From assembly GCF_018977255.1 (NCBI RefSeq), contig NW_024704743.1, positions 27,778,001 through 27,842,000 of the forward strand: a stretch of 64,000 bases of DNA, in the 5' to 3' direction. Of the stretch, positions 1 to 12,537 are shown piece after piece. Both the position numbers and the translations under genes were made by a program. How positions within the stretch are numbered: position 1 is the stretch's first letter; each line of letters begins with the position of its first letter. The DNA is from Callorhinchus milii. Lineage: Eukaryota. The notes under the pieces are model-generated. The model had not been told where the DNA came from. It searched no databases and worked only from the letters and a program-made list of their open reading frames with translations.

Positions 1-250
1 TGTGTGGTTTGGTGTGTGTGTGGTTTGGTGTGTGTGTGGTGTGTTTGGTGTGTGTGTATGTGTGGTGTGTGTGTGTTTGGTGTGTGTGTGTTTGGTGTGT
101 GGTGTGTTTGGTGTGTGTGTGTGTGTGTGTGTGTGGTGTGGGGGTATATATATATATTATATATATATACCCCCACACCACACACACACACACACCAAAC
201 ACACACCAAACACACACACCAAACACACACACACCAAACACACACCGAAA
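1..250. repeat. (TG/TTTGG)-rich repeat mirrored by its reverse complement around a (TA)n centre
   Basis: GGGGG(TA)6 T (TA)6CCCCC centred at 157, flanked by a TG-rich left arm and a CA-rich right arm. Confidence 0.9.
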
Positions 251-399
251 CACAGATACATATATTACATATAAAAAAAGTCTCTGAGATGACAGACGAG
301 GGCGCTGAACCTCTGATGACTCGCTGTGAATGACAGTGTTTGTGGTGTGTGTTGGTGAGTGTGTTGTGAGCCACAGACACTTGTCCTTCCCCAATGCAG

Positions 400-1049
400 T
401 CAGTCTTCAGAGGAGAGGAGAGGAGAGGAGGAGAGGAGGAGAGGAGAGGAGAGGATGGATGAGCTCTTCGCCCGTCTCATCTCTCTTTTCTCTGCGGATC
501 TAAGGCCGGGGACTTCCTGAACAAAACCAGACAGCAGCAGTTCTTTTTTCTCTCTCTCTCTCTCTCTCTCTCATCTATCTTTTTTATTATTATTATTATT
601 ATTAACGCACATCCCGCAGCAGCAGCAGAGGCAGAGTCAGCAACAGCAGCAACAGCAGCAGCCGCAGGACTTCCCGCAGCAAACCCGCACAGCACCTTTT
701 TGGTGCTGCCGAATGCGGTCCCTCGTTTCTTTCGGGATCAGAGAGGAAGGAGGAGGAGGAGGAGGTGGTGGAGGAGGAGGTGGTGGGGGGTGAATAGTCT
801 GGAAGCTCTCAGGCTCCGGATCGGATGAATGTTAAACCCCTCTCTCTCCCTCTCTCCCTCTCTGTGTGTCTTGGAATCGCCGAGGAAGCGACGCAACGAC
901 AACGAGAGACTTTATTCGGGTCCAAATCCTTTGGATGCGCAGCGACTGCAACCTGCTGCAAGTTTCTGCAGCTGCTCCCCTCTCTCTCTGTGTGCATTCC
1001 CCCCCTCCCCCCCCTTTTTTTTCCCCCCTGTTTTGCATGGCTGTAGACC
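400..1049 (+). promoter_or_regulatory. Probable FHOD3 promoter/5'UTR region with GGAGA, CT, TTA, CAG/CAA and GGA simple repeats
   Basis: Lies directly upstream of the ATG and has more CpGs than the introns. The transcription start cannot be located from sequence. Confidence 0.5.
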
Positions 1050-1214
1050 ATGGCCACTTTCGTCTGCAGGGTTCAGTTCTTAGACGACACCGATCCGTTC
1101 AACAGCACCAACTTCCCCGAACCCACCCGACCCCCCGTCTACACTTTCCGAGAGGACATCCCTCTGATCAATCAGATCGCCGGGGTCCACCGGCTGCTCA
1201 GAGCTCCCCACAAG
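1050..1214 (+). CDS. FHOD3: FH1/FH2 domain-containing protein 3 (formin), coding exon 1
   Basis: ACCATGG Kozak start. Encodes MATFVCRVQFLDDTDPFNSTNFPEPTRPPVYTFREDIPLINQIAGVHRLLRAPHK, matching the vertebrate FHOD3 N-terminus as I recall it. 165 nt, ends at AAG|gtaagg donor, phase 0. Confidence 0.96.
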
Positions 1215-1478
1215 GTAAGGGGTGAGGGGATGGGGGGGAGAGGGGGGAGGGGAGGGGAGAGGGGAGGGGGGAAAATAATCTGGACAGTGGTCTGCAAAGG
1301 GAAACAAGTGGTCTTGGGGGTGTGGGGGGGGGTTGGGGAGTGGGTGCAAACGAATCACTTTCCTGAAGTATTGTACAACAAGTCCCATTATTTGTTGCAC
1401 AGTGCAATCGATATGAATTGATCCACACCTGACTTTTATTATACAGTTGCACACACGCGTGGTATTAAATGGATATGT

Positions 1479-1527
1479 TGTGTGTGTGTGTGTGTGTGTG
1501 CATGTTGCATATATTGTGTGTGTGTGG

Positions 1528-1559
<32 letters not shown>

Positions 1560-1775
1560 TTGTAAATGAATAGAAAATGGGTAACTCTTTTGGTGCTGAA
1601 TTGATCTTAAAATGAATGCAATCTGTGTTTGTCTGCAGTAACTCTTTGGGCACCGCAATAGCTGCAGTGAGTGAGTGAGTGAGTGTGTGTGAGTGTGTGT
1701 GTGTGAGTGAGTGTGAGTGTGTGTGTGTGTGAGTGAGTGAGTGAGTGTGTGTGTGAGTGAGTGAGTGAGTGTGTA
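1479..1775. repeat. (TG)n and (TGAG)n microsatellites
   Basis: Directly visible at about 1479-1556 and 1666-1775. Confidence 0.95.
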
Positions 1776-1857
1776 TGTGCCGGAGTGAGACTGACTGCAA
1801 AGAATGCTGCTCTACACATGTTTGCACACTTTGGGAGCTGTCAAAGATGTGGATGGC

Positions 1858-2738
1858 TCTCCCCACCCCCCTCCCTCCTTCTCTCTCTCCCTCCCTCCCT
1901 CTCTCCTTCTTTCTCTCCCCCCTCCCTCCCTCTCTCTCTCCCTCCCTCCCTCTCTCCTTCTCTCTCTCCCCCCTCCTTCCTTCTCTCTCTCCCTCCTCTC
2001 TCTCCCTCCCCCCCTTTCTCCTTCTCTCTCCCCCCTCTCCTTCTCTCTCCCCCCCTCCCTCCTTCTCTCTCTCCCCCCTCTCCTTCTCTCTCCCCCCTCC
2101 CTCCTTCTCTCTCTCCCCCTCCCTCCTTCTCTCTCTCCCCCCTCTCCTTCTCTCTCCCCCCTCCCTCCTTCTCTCTCTCCCCCTCTCTCCTTCTCTCTCT
2201 CCCTCCTTCTCTCTCTCCCCCCCTCTCCTTCTCTCTCCCCCCTCCCTCCTTCTCTCTCTCCCCCCTCTCCTTCTCTCTCTCCCCCCTCCCTCCTCTCTCT
2301 CCCTCCTTCTCTCTCACCCTCCCCCCTTTTTTCCTTCTCTCTCCCCCCTCTCCCCTTCTCTCTCCCCCCCTCCCTCCTTCTCTCTCTCCCCCTACCTCCT
2401 TCTCTCTCTCCCCCCTCCCTCCTTCTCTCTCTCCCCCTCCCTCATTCTCTCTCTCCCCCTCCCTGCCTCCCTCCTCTCTCTCTCCCCCCTCCCTCCTTCT
2501 CTCTCTCCCCCCCTCCCTCCCTCCTCTCTCACCCCCTCCCCCCTTCCCTCTCTCTCCCTCCCTCCCTCACTCCTCTCTCTCTTCCCCCCTCCCTCCCTCT
2601 CTCTCTCCCCCTCCCTCCTTCCTCTCTCTCCCTCCCTCCCTTCTCTCTCACCCTCCCTCCTCTCTCTCTCTCCCTCCCTCCCTGCCTCCCTCCTTCTCTC
2701 TCTCTCCTCCTTCTCTCCCTCCCCCCCTCTCTCCCCCC
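1858..2738. repeat. ~880 bp C/T-rich low-complexity tract (CCCTCCTTCTCTCTCT-like units)
   Basis: Almost purely pyrimidine on the + strand. Source of the spurious S/L/P-rich ORFs. Confidence 0.97.
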
Positions 2739-3972
2739 AGTTCTTTGCTGTGAGGTTGCAATCGAGAGGGAGGGGGAGAGAGAGTTTGTGGTAACGAGCA
2801 TCTCACCAGGTTTTATATTTCTGGGAAGTGATCATTTGTGCTCTGACCCTTTTCTCTCTCTCTCTCTCTCTCCCTCTGTGAAGATTAAGAAGATCTTTTA
2901 AGTGGCGCCGTTAGCAATGCTTCTTAGGATCTGATTTAGCTCCAATAATCTCTCGTTTCCCATCTGTCGTTTGTTTTATGATCAGGGTTGGGGGGGAAAC
3001 AACAAAATTCTTGTGCGTTTAACTCTCATTTCCTTGGAGATTGCTAAAAAAAAATTTCGCCCCCTTGATGATTTCCTTTCTCCTTTCTCACCTCCTGCAC
3101 TTTTCCTTTGCCCTTTGTCTCTCTCGCGCTCTCTCTCTGTTTCGTTTTTTGTTGCTTGGACTCCTTCCCCTCTTCCCCCCCCCCACCACTCGGTGCCCTG
3201 TTAAGACTTTGAAGATGGATCAATCGGTTGCATCAACTTGTAAAAGCTGAAAGCTGGTTGCAAGCTATCCGCTAACTTGCGTAGCTTTCGTGTGTGAGGA
3301 GGGAATGAGATGACCTGAGGTTTGGGAAGATGATAAATGGAAAGGATGGTGGGGTGAGGAGGGTGTGTGTGTTTGCGTGTGGGGTGGGGGGTGGCGGGTG
3401 TGGGGGGGTTGGAAGGAAACCTCTTCTCCAGTGTTTCTCAGTGCCTGTTCTCTCCAATCAAACCTGTTGACACAGACTTAGCTCTGGGACGCGAATAGCA
3501 CTGCTGTCTGTATAAATAGCCTTTTTGGTTCAAACACGGCAACTGCTTGCTCAACACTGCAACCTCTCGTCCACCAGCACCAGCCCCCCACAGCGATCCA
3601 GATGAGATGAGGGAGAAACGAGATCCCTTTCCTCGAATGGTTTTGCAGAGTGTTCCCACCGCGTTCCCTCCCACTATCATTTCTGTGGGTTTATTTTTTG
3701 GGGGGGGAGCTTTGTGAGCTCAAGGAATAGGGTTGTGTGTAAAAAAAAAGAGCTGATGGTTGATTTGGGGGGTGGGGGAGGGGGAGTGTTGTCAGGTAGA
3801 TTGCAACGAGTGAGATGGTTTTTGGGTGCCTCCCCTCACCTCCATATAACCCCCTTCCCCATGCTGGGAATTCAGTTTCAGCAGCTGGGTGGGACCAGTT
3901 AAGCCGTTTAGCAGCAGAACATGTTTTCATCTGCAGGGCGCCTGTCCTGCTCTGTAAGTCTGTGTCTCTCTC

Positions 3973-4075
3973 AATAATAATAATCCTTGCATTTGATATA
4001 GCGCTTTTCACGTCTTCTAGACGTCCCAAAGCGCTTCACAGAATATACTGCAAAGTGAAGTGAATCGACTGCATA
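3973..4075 (-). mobile_element. Family A SINE tail fragment. Similar fragments near 16230, 16790, 31990, 36070, 38160, 44145, 50000, 51280, 54305, 58320, 58665 and 60910
   Basis: ataataatccttgcatttgatatagcgc...cacagaatatactg motif. Confidence 0.85.
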
Positions 4076-7000
4076 TCTGCTGAATGATGTGTGTGCATCT
4101 CTTTTTTATATATATAAAAGAATCAAAGCCCCCCCCGATGGTCCTTTATTGTCAATAAGAAGAGCCGGTGCTGGGAAAACACCACCTATGCGATGCGATT
4201 ATCTGCTTTCACCTCTTATTTTTTGTTTCTAATTGCAAAAAAGTTTGCACTGCAAGTTTGCACCGCTGGAGCGCAAACATGCTTTGTTGGGCGATACTGG
4301 GACTGTCACAGCATAACGTCTGGACCAGGCTGCTGCATTTTGCCAAGTCCTGAGCCTAGAGGAAAGGTTGCTCAATAAGATGGCAACAGCCCATCAACTA
4401 CGCGGATAGAGAACTGTGAGAGACCGAGGAGAAATGGATATGGTGGAAAACGATGACAATTGCTGCTATGTTTGTATGTGAGAAAGAGAGAGAGAGAGAA
4501 GGAAAGGACAGGCAAACATGCTCTTTGCACCACTAGAGATTCTTCTACTCCAGCTGTTTGGCATTTAATAGAGGCTGGAGTTGAGTTGAGTTTCTTTTAT
4601 TCCATGTTAGATACACTTGTGATATTTAAGAGCTGCAAACTGCATCATTGGTTCAGTTTGTGACAATATATAAGATAATGTAATGCAGTATTGACCAGTT
4701 CTTCAGTTGCAAAACTGGATGTGTTCAGAGTGGAACTCTAAGTCTGTTACTGTTATTTACCAATAAATTACTGCTTTCCATGCAGTAATTCCAGCATTAT
4801 TGCTTTGGATAAAAACATGCTGAAGGAATATTTTATTTAAATTGGAATTTAATTGGGAAGGCCCAGGTTTGATCCCTGGTTTCTATTGTGTTATTTATCT
4901 GAACTTAAGAGCAATAGAACAAGTCACTATTAGAGCTAATACCAGTGTCACTGGCTGTTGCTTCACACATGTGCAGCAGCTTTTGAGCAGCAGTAGTGGT
5001 GCACAATGTTCTGGTATAAGAATGAAGCAGTGCTCAATATTTCTGCTAGGAGTTGCTCTCCCACAGAGTGAGCACCATATTGTGAAAGAGTTATCATGCT
5101 GCTGCCCAAGGAAAGAAGACAAATATTTGACTCATTGGTGTTTGTGTGTGTGTCTGCGTAGCAAACATGAGTAGCAACTCGCGCTCATTCCACCTCACGG
5201 AACCAAAGCAGGACCTCAGTGTCTGTTCAATTCCTAACTTCTTTCAAGCCCCACACTGGGCTCTTACTTGCTCAGCTTTCTCTCCTGGCTACTAGTACCA
5301 AATACCAACTAGGCAGATACCTTAAATAGAGTCAACTACAGGGTTATGGGGAAAAGGCAGGTAAATGGATCTGAAAGGATTGTTCTCGAGGGAGCTGTTA
5401 CAGACACGATGGGCCAAATGGCCTTCTTCCGTGTCGTGCATTTCTATGTCCTAAGACCCTTGCCTGTGGCTTCTAGGCTTGGTTATTCCAATACCCTGCT
5501 TGCCTGAACTCTGTTGTTGAGTAATGGGTCCTTCAAACTGTAATCTCTACACCTTTGGCTTTAGTTACCTCTAAATTCCTTTCACTTGTTGCTCAGTCCC
5601 ATTGTGTTTCAAAGCACTACTTTACTTAAATGGTGCTGGCTGAATGGAAGTTTTACTTAGTGTTGGTAGCACAACTATAGTATTGTGATTAACTTGCACT
5701 AGTGAGAATCTCTCTGGATATACTACCCATTCCCTCCTCCTTTCCATATGGTTGAATTTGGGGTTGTTATCAGGAAGACCCAATGAGTGAGATGTGTTTT
5801 GCAAGCAGATTCTCCTATCTACTTCTGTTTCCTTTTACCCGAACAACTATGATCAGGATTCACACATGAAGAGTGAATACTAAGATGCGGTACCACAAGG
5901 TTAATGGCTCCTGTGGAATATTGTCCCTGGTCGAGTACTAACCTCCAAGAGAGTAAGAGGAAAGGGGGAAACAAGTATCTGTTCTCTGAAAAATGAATCG
6001 ATATAATAATCAAAAAATTCTTGCATTTTTGTTTTAACACCTTATCATGTCATCCAAAAGTCTCACAACACTTGCTTTGCAGGATTTACAGTAAAGTGAC
6101 TTTGTGTTTGTAGCCAATATGGTTTGATTCCCTCTTTGAATATAACAGCAACATCATATTGGCCTCAATGTGCATTGGTCCTGGCCTGACTGTTTGTACA
6201 CAGCTTAAACACTTAATGGAGATTTTAATCACTGATTCGTAACAAAAACCACAACTCGTTAAATACTATTTCAATGTTTGTACAGCTTCAAGCAGTACTG
6301 AGCATACTTACAAGTATACTAATAGTGTAGCTTACAGCACAAGGAAAAAAACCTTCTCAACACACAGTTTTGCTCGGGTGGTAGTTACTATTACGTCTCG
6401 GTTGAATGGTCATGGGTTCAGTCCCGTATCAGGACTCCAGCTCATTCAGTATTCTGAGACTGCAGTACAGATCCCATCTGCTTATTCAGGCAAAAGATGT
6501 TGAAGATCCCATGACACTATTAAAGAGAAGGGAATATCTCCCAGTGTTCTTAGCCAATAATCCTTTATATAAATTCACCTCATTGTTGGTTCTGAGACTT
6601 TGCTGGCGCAAATGACTGACATGTTTGCCTACAAATGCTAGTCGCTGCGCTTGACAGTAATTATGTGCGAAGTGTTTTGAGACATTTCAACATAGGTGCT
6701 ATAAAAATGCAAAACATAGACTTTCCTTCCTCCCTCCCTCTGACCTACATCTGCACTGCTTAATGGCGAAGTGTTTGAGTGAGTAGCCACATGTTACATC
6801 ATCTCTAGCCACAGATTAATTGGTTTCTAGATGAAATTACAAGCAACATCCTCCCTGGAGAATTCAATGGTTCATTCTCTTAATTGTCCTCAATTAACCC
6901 TTCCTTTAGCTTGGCTGACTCAAGAGCATTTAAGGTCTCTGTTGTTTTAACCTGCTTAAAGCTATAGCAAATGTAACCTGGCAGAACCAGGTGCACTCTG

Positions 7001-8500
7001 TTTGTGGGATATTCTCAATTTTGAATGAGGACAATTCTGCACTACATGATTGGCACAGGACAGATCCATAGACTCAGGAATAATGGTGTCTTAACAACTA
7101 GATTAATACATGTTGGCAGTAAGAATGCTATTAGAAATGTTTAGTTTTAAATAAAACATTTTTAAATGTTTTCAATCAGAGTTATGAATATTGTTAATAA
7201 GGTCTCGTTGCTGTCTCCTACTCCATCAGGTCTCAATGGAGCCAAGCAGATGTGAATTTAAAACATTTTAAAATAAAATGCTATTTTGTTTTGCCTCTGG
7301 GAGCTTGATTGGAATTCATTGCAGACAGATGGGATGAAAGTCTTGTCCTTTCTGGCTGTAAGAGGGCCTGTGTGAAAATGTGTGTGTGGGCTTATAGCAG
7401 AAACTACAGATGACAATTGTCAAAATATTTCACATGCTTTACTGTAAAGTGTAGTGACTATAAACTTGGAGGCAGCCAGTTTGTGCACAGCAGTGTCCCA
7501 CAAACAGATATATAGTGAATGACCACTTTCATTTGGGGGATTGTTAGCCAGGATATTAGGAGAAATTTCCTTAACCTCATAAATACTGCCATTGGATTGC
7601 TATCTGAACAGGCAGACTACCTGAGTTTAACTTCTTATTCGACAGACAGCACCTTCAGTAATACAGCATTCCCCAGCAATGCACAGGAGTGTCAGCCTAA
7701 ACTGTGAACTCCAAGTTTCAATATGGTGCTTGAGTCTACAACTTTCTGGTGCAAATTAAACCAGCCTGACAGCCTTAATATCATACTAAATTTCAAAGAA
7801 AGAGGCCACAGAGTGGCTGACGGAAAATGGAAGGCTCCCACTCGTGTTATACTGGGTTCTCCTCTGAGGTTGGGATAAAGGCACCTTGTTGTGGCAGAAT
7901 GGTTTTACAACCATTGAACAATAGGTTGATATGACAACCAGCGTTGACCGAAAGGCAATTTGATGATACTTTCCGTTAAGGTGCAATCCATACTGCATTT
8001 TATACTGCAAATACAACAACAACAAGATTTCATTTATAGAGCGCCTTTCAACTGTAATGTGAGTCCGGTCGAAATCAATTAAAGTCAATCCATTCATTAA
8101 AATGACTTGATGCTGTAACGGGAAGATGTCAAATTGAGTATTCTGGAAGGATGAAATCAAATGGGTTGAAGGGCCTTCTTCATCCTGATATGTCTTGCGA
8201 TCTTAAATCATGCAGAGAGATGTTTCATCCTATAAGTAAATGGTGGATTCAAAACCCATCCAAAAGGTGAGAAGACAGTGTACTATCCACTGTGACTCAG
8301 TTTTGATTGCAGCTTGATTTTTCCCTTCCCATTGTGGCAGTGAAGCCAATTACAGAGACCCTCACACTACAGGATTGGGTAACTCAACACAGATCAGGAA
8401 TTGAACTCGAGTCTGTACTGGTTTGTATGGCTCAACTACTCAATGTGAGATTCCACTAAGATATCTGGGGAGCTCAGAATGTGCCTTTTCAATGTTAGAT

Positions 8501-9170
8501 ACAACAACAACAACAACAAGATCCCATTTATTGAGCGCCTTTCACGTCGGGAGGACGTCCCAAGGCGCTGTACAGTTGGGTCAGGACCCGAGCAGGGGGG
8601 AAATGGTCAGGGTGAGGGGAGGGAAGGGAGGGAGCGAGGAGGGGGTAGAGAGTCGAGAGGGGAGCTGAAGGCACGGTCAAAGAGAAAGGTCTTGAGACCG
8701 GCCTTGAAGGAGGAAAGGGAGGAGGCGGCGAAGGCACTGGGGGATAGAGTTCCAGAGCCTAGGGGCTGAGAGGCTGAAGGCCCGGCCGCCGAGAGTAGGG
8801 CGGTTGGGGCGGGGGATGTGGAGCAGACCGGAGCCAGAGGAACGGAGGGTACGGGCAGGTAGGTAGGGGGATAGTAGGTTGGAGAGGTAGGAGGGAGCGA
8901 GGCCGTGAATGGCCTTGTAGGTGAGGATGAGGATCTTGAATTCGATCCTCTGGGGGATGGGGAGCCAGTGGAGGCGAGCGAGGGTGGGAGTGATGTGGTC
9001 CCGAAGCCTGGTGCGGGACAGTACACGAGCTGCAGAGTTCTGAATGACCTGCAGCTTGTGGAGGGAGGTGCCGGGAAGGCCGGCGAGGAGAGAGTTCCCA
9101 TAGTCCAGCCTTGAGGTGATAAAGGCGTGGACCAGAGTTTCAGCAGCGTGAGGGGTGAGGTACCTGAGGT
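8501..9170 (-). mobile_element. L2-clade LINE, 5'-truncated 3' fragment
   Basis: Minus-strand peptide HAFITSRLDYGNSLLAGLP...QNSAARVL...LHWLPIPQRIEFKILILTYKAIHGLAPSYL is typical of the L2 ORF2 C-terminus. Stem-loop 3'UTR, (GTT)n tail and a frameshift near 8735. Confidence 0.9.
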
Positions 9171-9189
9171 ACAACATGGTACCTGAGCT

Positions 9190-9532
9190 CTTTCACATTG
9201 GGAGGACATCTTTAAGCGCTTCAAAGGATACAATGTAAAGTGCAGTGACTTTTTTTTATAGGCAACTATAGCAGTTTTCTGGGAGATTGTTGCCCAAGAC
9301 ATTGGGAGAAAATCCCTTCTCTTTTTAAATAGTGCCATGGGTTCTTTGACATCCACCTGAACCAGCAGACGGGACCTCAGTTTAATGTCCCATCCGAAGA
9401 ATGGCACGTCAGACAATGCAGCATATCCCCAGCACTGCATTGAAGTGTCAGCCGAGACGACACGAGTTCAAAGATAGGCATGGGCTTGAAATCAAACCTT
9501 CTGACTCAAAAGTGAGTGTGCTACCAACTAAG
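9190..9532 (-). mobile_element. DeuSINE-like SINE, family B
   Basis: Same Deu-like core (aatagtgccatggg...catccacctgaaccagcagacggg). Confidence 0.75.
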
Positions 9533-12317
9533 CAAGATTTCTTTTGTATGAGGAGAGATTCAGTCAGATTGTCTGTGTTATCCAGTAAAGGACTTTTTGC
9601 TCACTGTACCATTAAGCACTTGTTAGAGAATACACTGCGCTCACCACATGGAGTTCCCATTGATTAACTAGAGCAATAGTTAAAAAGCAACAGGAAATGC
9701 TGCAATCCAGTTAATGCTGTTATCCTACTTTACACTGCACTCAGGAGTCAATGTGTATGGGGACTGGGAGGGAGAAACAGGATACAAGTTAAACCAGCAA
9801 TTCATTGACATGTACTAGATTCTTTAAAATAATACATCTATATTTTATGTGATTTTCTGACAATCTGCTGCATGATTTCCAGTAACATTCCTCACCTCTT
9901 ATCTGGATACTTGGCACATTCAATTCCACACTACCATTTGCTAATCATTTCCTTAAATGCTTGTGAAATGCATTTTCTTCTGGCATTGAGCACTGGGATT
10001 AAAAACAGTCAGTGATTGTTATATTCCATTCCAAGAATGCTGTAATTGACTGTTATGTAGGATCTACTGCAGGAAAAGTTGTGGTTTGTGGTGTCCTCTC
10101 ACCACACTATGTAAACAGTTATATAAATTCAAAACCTGCCATCCCAGCTTCAGAATGCCTGTTTGCAGCTTTAGCTCTGGAGGGCATTTAATAGGTGAAA
10201 TTGTGCTGATTAATTGGCTAGTTATCAGCAAGTGCTTTACCATCATATTGCCTCGATGAATGGAATTTCTTTCTTATTCCTACCCATTACCAGGATTATT
10301 GCTCATTGCCTCAATCAGTGGAATTTCTCTCTTATTTCTACCATTCTCATTCTCGTTTGATTCAGATGCAGTGTATGGAGAAAACCAGTGCACTGTGCAG
10401 CTGGAGCACTCCAATGTGCATGAGTGGATGGGGAAGGAGAGACCAGCAAACTGCACTGTTTCTGGGGCAGCACAGCTTTACAGCAATTCTTGTATTTCTG
10501 CTCAAAAGATGCTGCTCCTTAAAATCACGTAAAATCTGGGTAACAAATATACAGCGTCTATGCAGGACAATAATAACAAATTGCATTTATATAGTGCCTT
10601 TCATGTTCGGAGGATATCCTAAGAAGTGAGATAGCACAGTGCAATGGGGACAATAATCTTCAGTGGTGGAATTTGAATGGATAGAGCTTGAACAGACTAT
10701 GTGTAAGAGGCCTGCTATTGCATTCATGAATTTAAAAAAAACTTAGCAATAAGAAAGCTAAATTTAGAAATAAAAACTGAACTTAACTTTCCACCTTGAG
10801 CTTCTTCCGAAAGTGCCCAAAGAAACACATTCAGCTCTGTGCTGCCAAAACTGCGTCCTAAACAGCAAGGAATGCTGGTCTGGAGATACTGAGTTCAAAG
10901 CTAATTTAGCTTTGTTTCACTGAATTGGTTAACTACTTTGCCCTCTTATATCATTTTAATCATGACTGGAGGCAATGTTTGGCGTGAACTCTGTCCCCTG
11001 GAAGATGCTGTACGCTCGCTGCCTTTGGAGCAGCTGTGACAAGTTTTTGTTTTGGTCAGCCGGGTGTCTGACAATGCGGAAACCCGGATCCATACTGAAG
11101 AGTATCCAAAACAAGCTGAGAATTCCTTGGATCCCACCTACACGTGGGAAGTGAAAGTGAGGCAAGGTTTGGTGGAGTTCACTGAGGATAAGTCTGGATA
11201 GGAGCTGCCCTTAAATCACACAAAGAGCAGTCTGACATTGTTCCCATGCCTTCCAAAAGCATACTGTAAAAGAAAAGATTCATTTTATTCATAGATCAGA
11301 GTGTATGGAGTACTGATCATCTCCAGTGAGGAGATTCTCTTTGTCCTCTAAACATCAATTATGAACAGCCCTTCAGGCAAGGAGATAAAAAGAAATCTCA
11401 CCAAATGCATTGCTGGCTTATACACAAAACCTGATACTGAAATCAATGGAGTCATGATTAGAGCCTAGGAGAGCTGCAGAAACACATTGAAGAGAAGAAT
11501 AGATTCTCGGAGTCTATGCATTTTTTTTTCTAATTCTTCTTCAGGACTTTGGTATGATTAACTCAGTCAAAGTCATTTTGTGCTGATATATAGGATAGGA
11601 AAGTATCTGGACTGATGGTGGCTCAGTGCCACAAGGAATTGTTCCTTGCTTTGCCAGCTAGGAATTCCTTTCTGCCCCAAAAAACAATGAAATACCTGAA
11701 TGCATACCTCTGATAGACCAGACAGGTTATTACTGTCACATCAGTAAGATGGGCAGACCGGTCCCGCTGTGAGTGTTTGATGGATTGTACTGTTGGGAAA
11801 AGTCTGAGGCGGGATCTAAATCAAATCTTCAGAGCTGCGTTGGATGCACTGTAGTGGAATCCGCATGTCAGCTGCCTGTCTTTGTCATTGCTGTCCTGTC
11901 AGCAACTGTGTCATTACTTAATGAAGTTTTGCAAAGATGGAATTTCATCTTAGCAAATAAAAAAAAATTCTTACAATGCAGGTCTTTATTTTAACGTAGA
12001 TCATGAATTTAATTTTGTTCCCTTGAACCAAAGTTGCACTTTAATTCTTCCTCTTCATTCCCAGCAACCACTGGCGAGATGAATATATTGCTCTGTCTGT
12101 GGATACTTCATGTGTGAACCTGTCAGAAGAACAGGTCTCACACCTAAGCCCAACCGTATCCTCAAGTAAAGTATACTCGAGGGCAAATTGTTTGTGTTAC
12201 TCCAGGTTACTGCTGATCACAGCCAAGCTTGCCTTGCTCACCAGCAGGCCTTGGAAGGGCAGATCAGTCACTGGGGCAGACACCTGGCTAATGGGTAAAA
12301 AAAAGGTAAATTTAAGG

Positions 12318-12537
12318 TAGGTCACTGGATAGTGATCAAAAGTGGGAAAGTTGGCTGATTTATTTTCCCCTTTTCCCTAATCCAGTGTTGCTGAGGCTAA
12401 TTCTATACGTAACCACCTACCCCAGGTAACAAAAGCAAATTTAGCAGAGACTGGGGATTGAATCCAGGACCTTCCTGGCCTGTGTGGTCTAAGTTCTATC
12501 AATGATTAGGGTCTTTACCAACTGAGCCATCAAGGGT
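12318..12537 (-). mobile_element. Old tRNA-derived SINE, family C. Further copies at about 8310-8472(-), 23900-24120(+), 28675-28902(-), 29825-29980(-), 36190-36375(+), 45330-45615(+) and 62083-62235(+)
   Basis: Recurrent motifs gatggctcagttggtaaa, ccaggaaggtcctggattcaatccc, gtctgtgctgagttagctgatctc, tatccagtgacc and gggtgaggacagga. Confidence 0.65.

Noticed and set aside
2..333. ORFs rich in V/C/H/T
   Set aside because: Translations of TG/CA microsatellites.
1215..1421. Extension of the 1050 ORF to 123 aa
   Set aside because: Read-through into intron 1. FHOD3 similarity stops at the gtaagg donor.
1761..2901. Three 330-365 aa ORFs rich in S/L/P
   Set aside because: They result from a pyrimidine-only tract that cannot contain stop codons. 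All three frames are open and the region is intronic.
11060..11110. Hammerhead ribozyme candidates (CTGAAGAG here and at about 58623, CTGATGAG at about 33706 and 19228 minus)
   Set aside because: No correctly placed GAAA with stems I-III.
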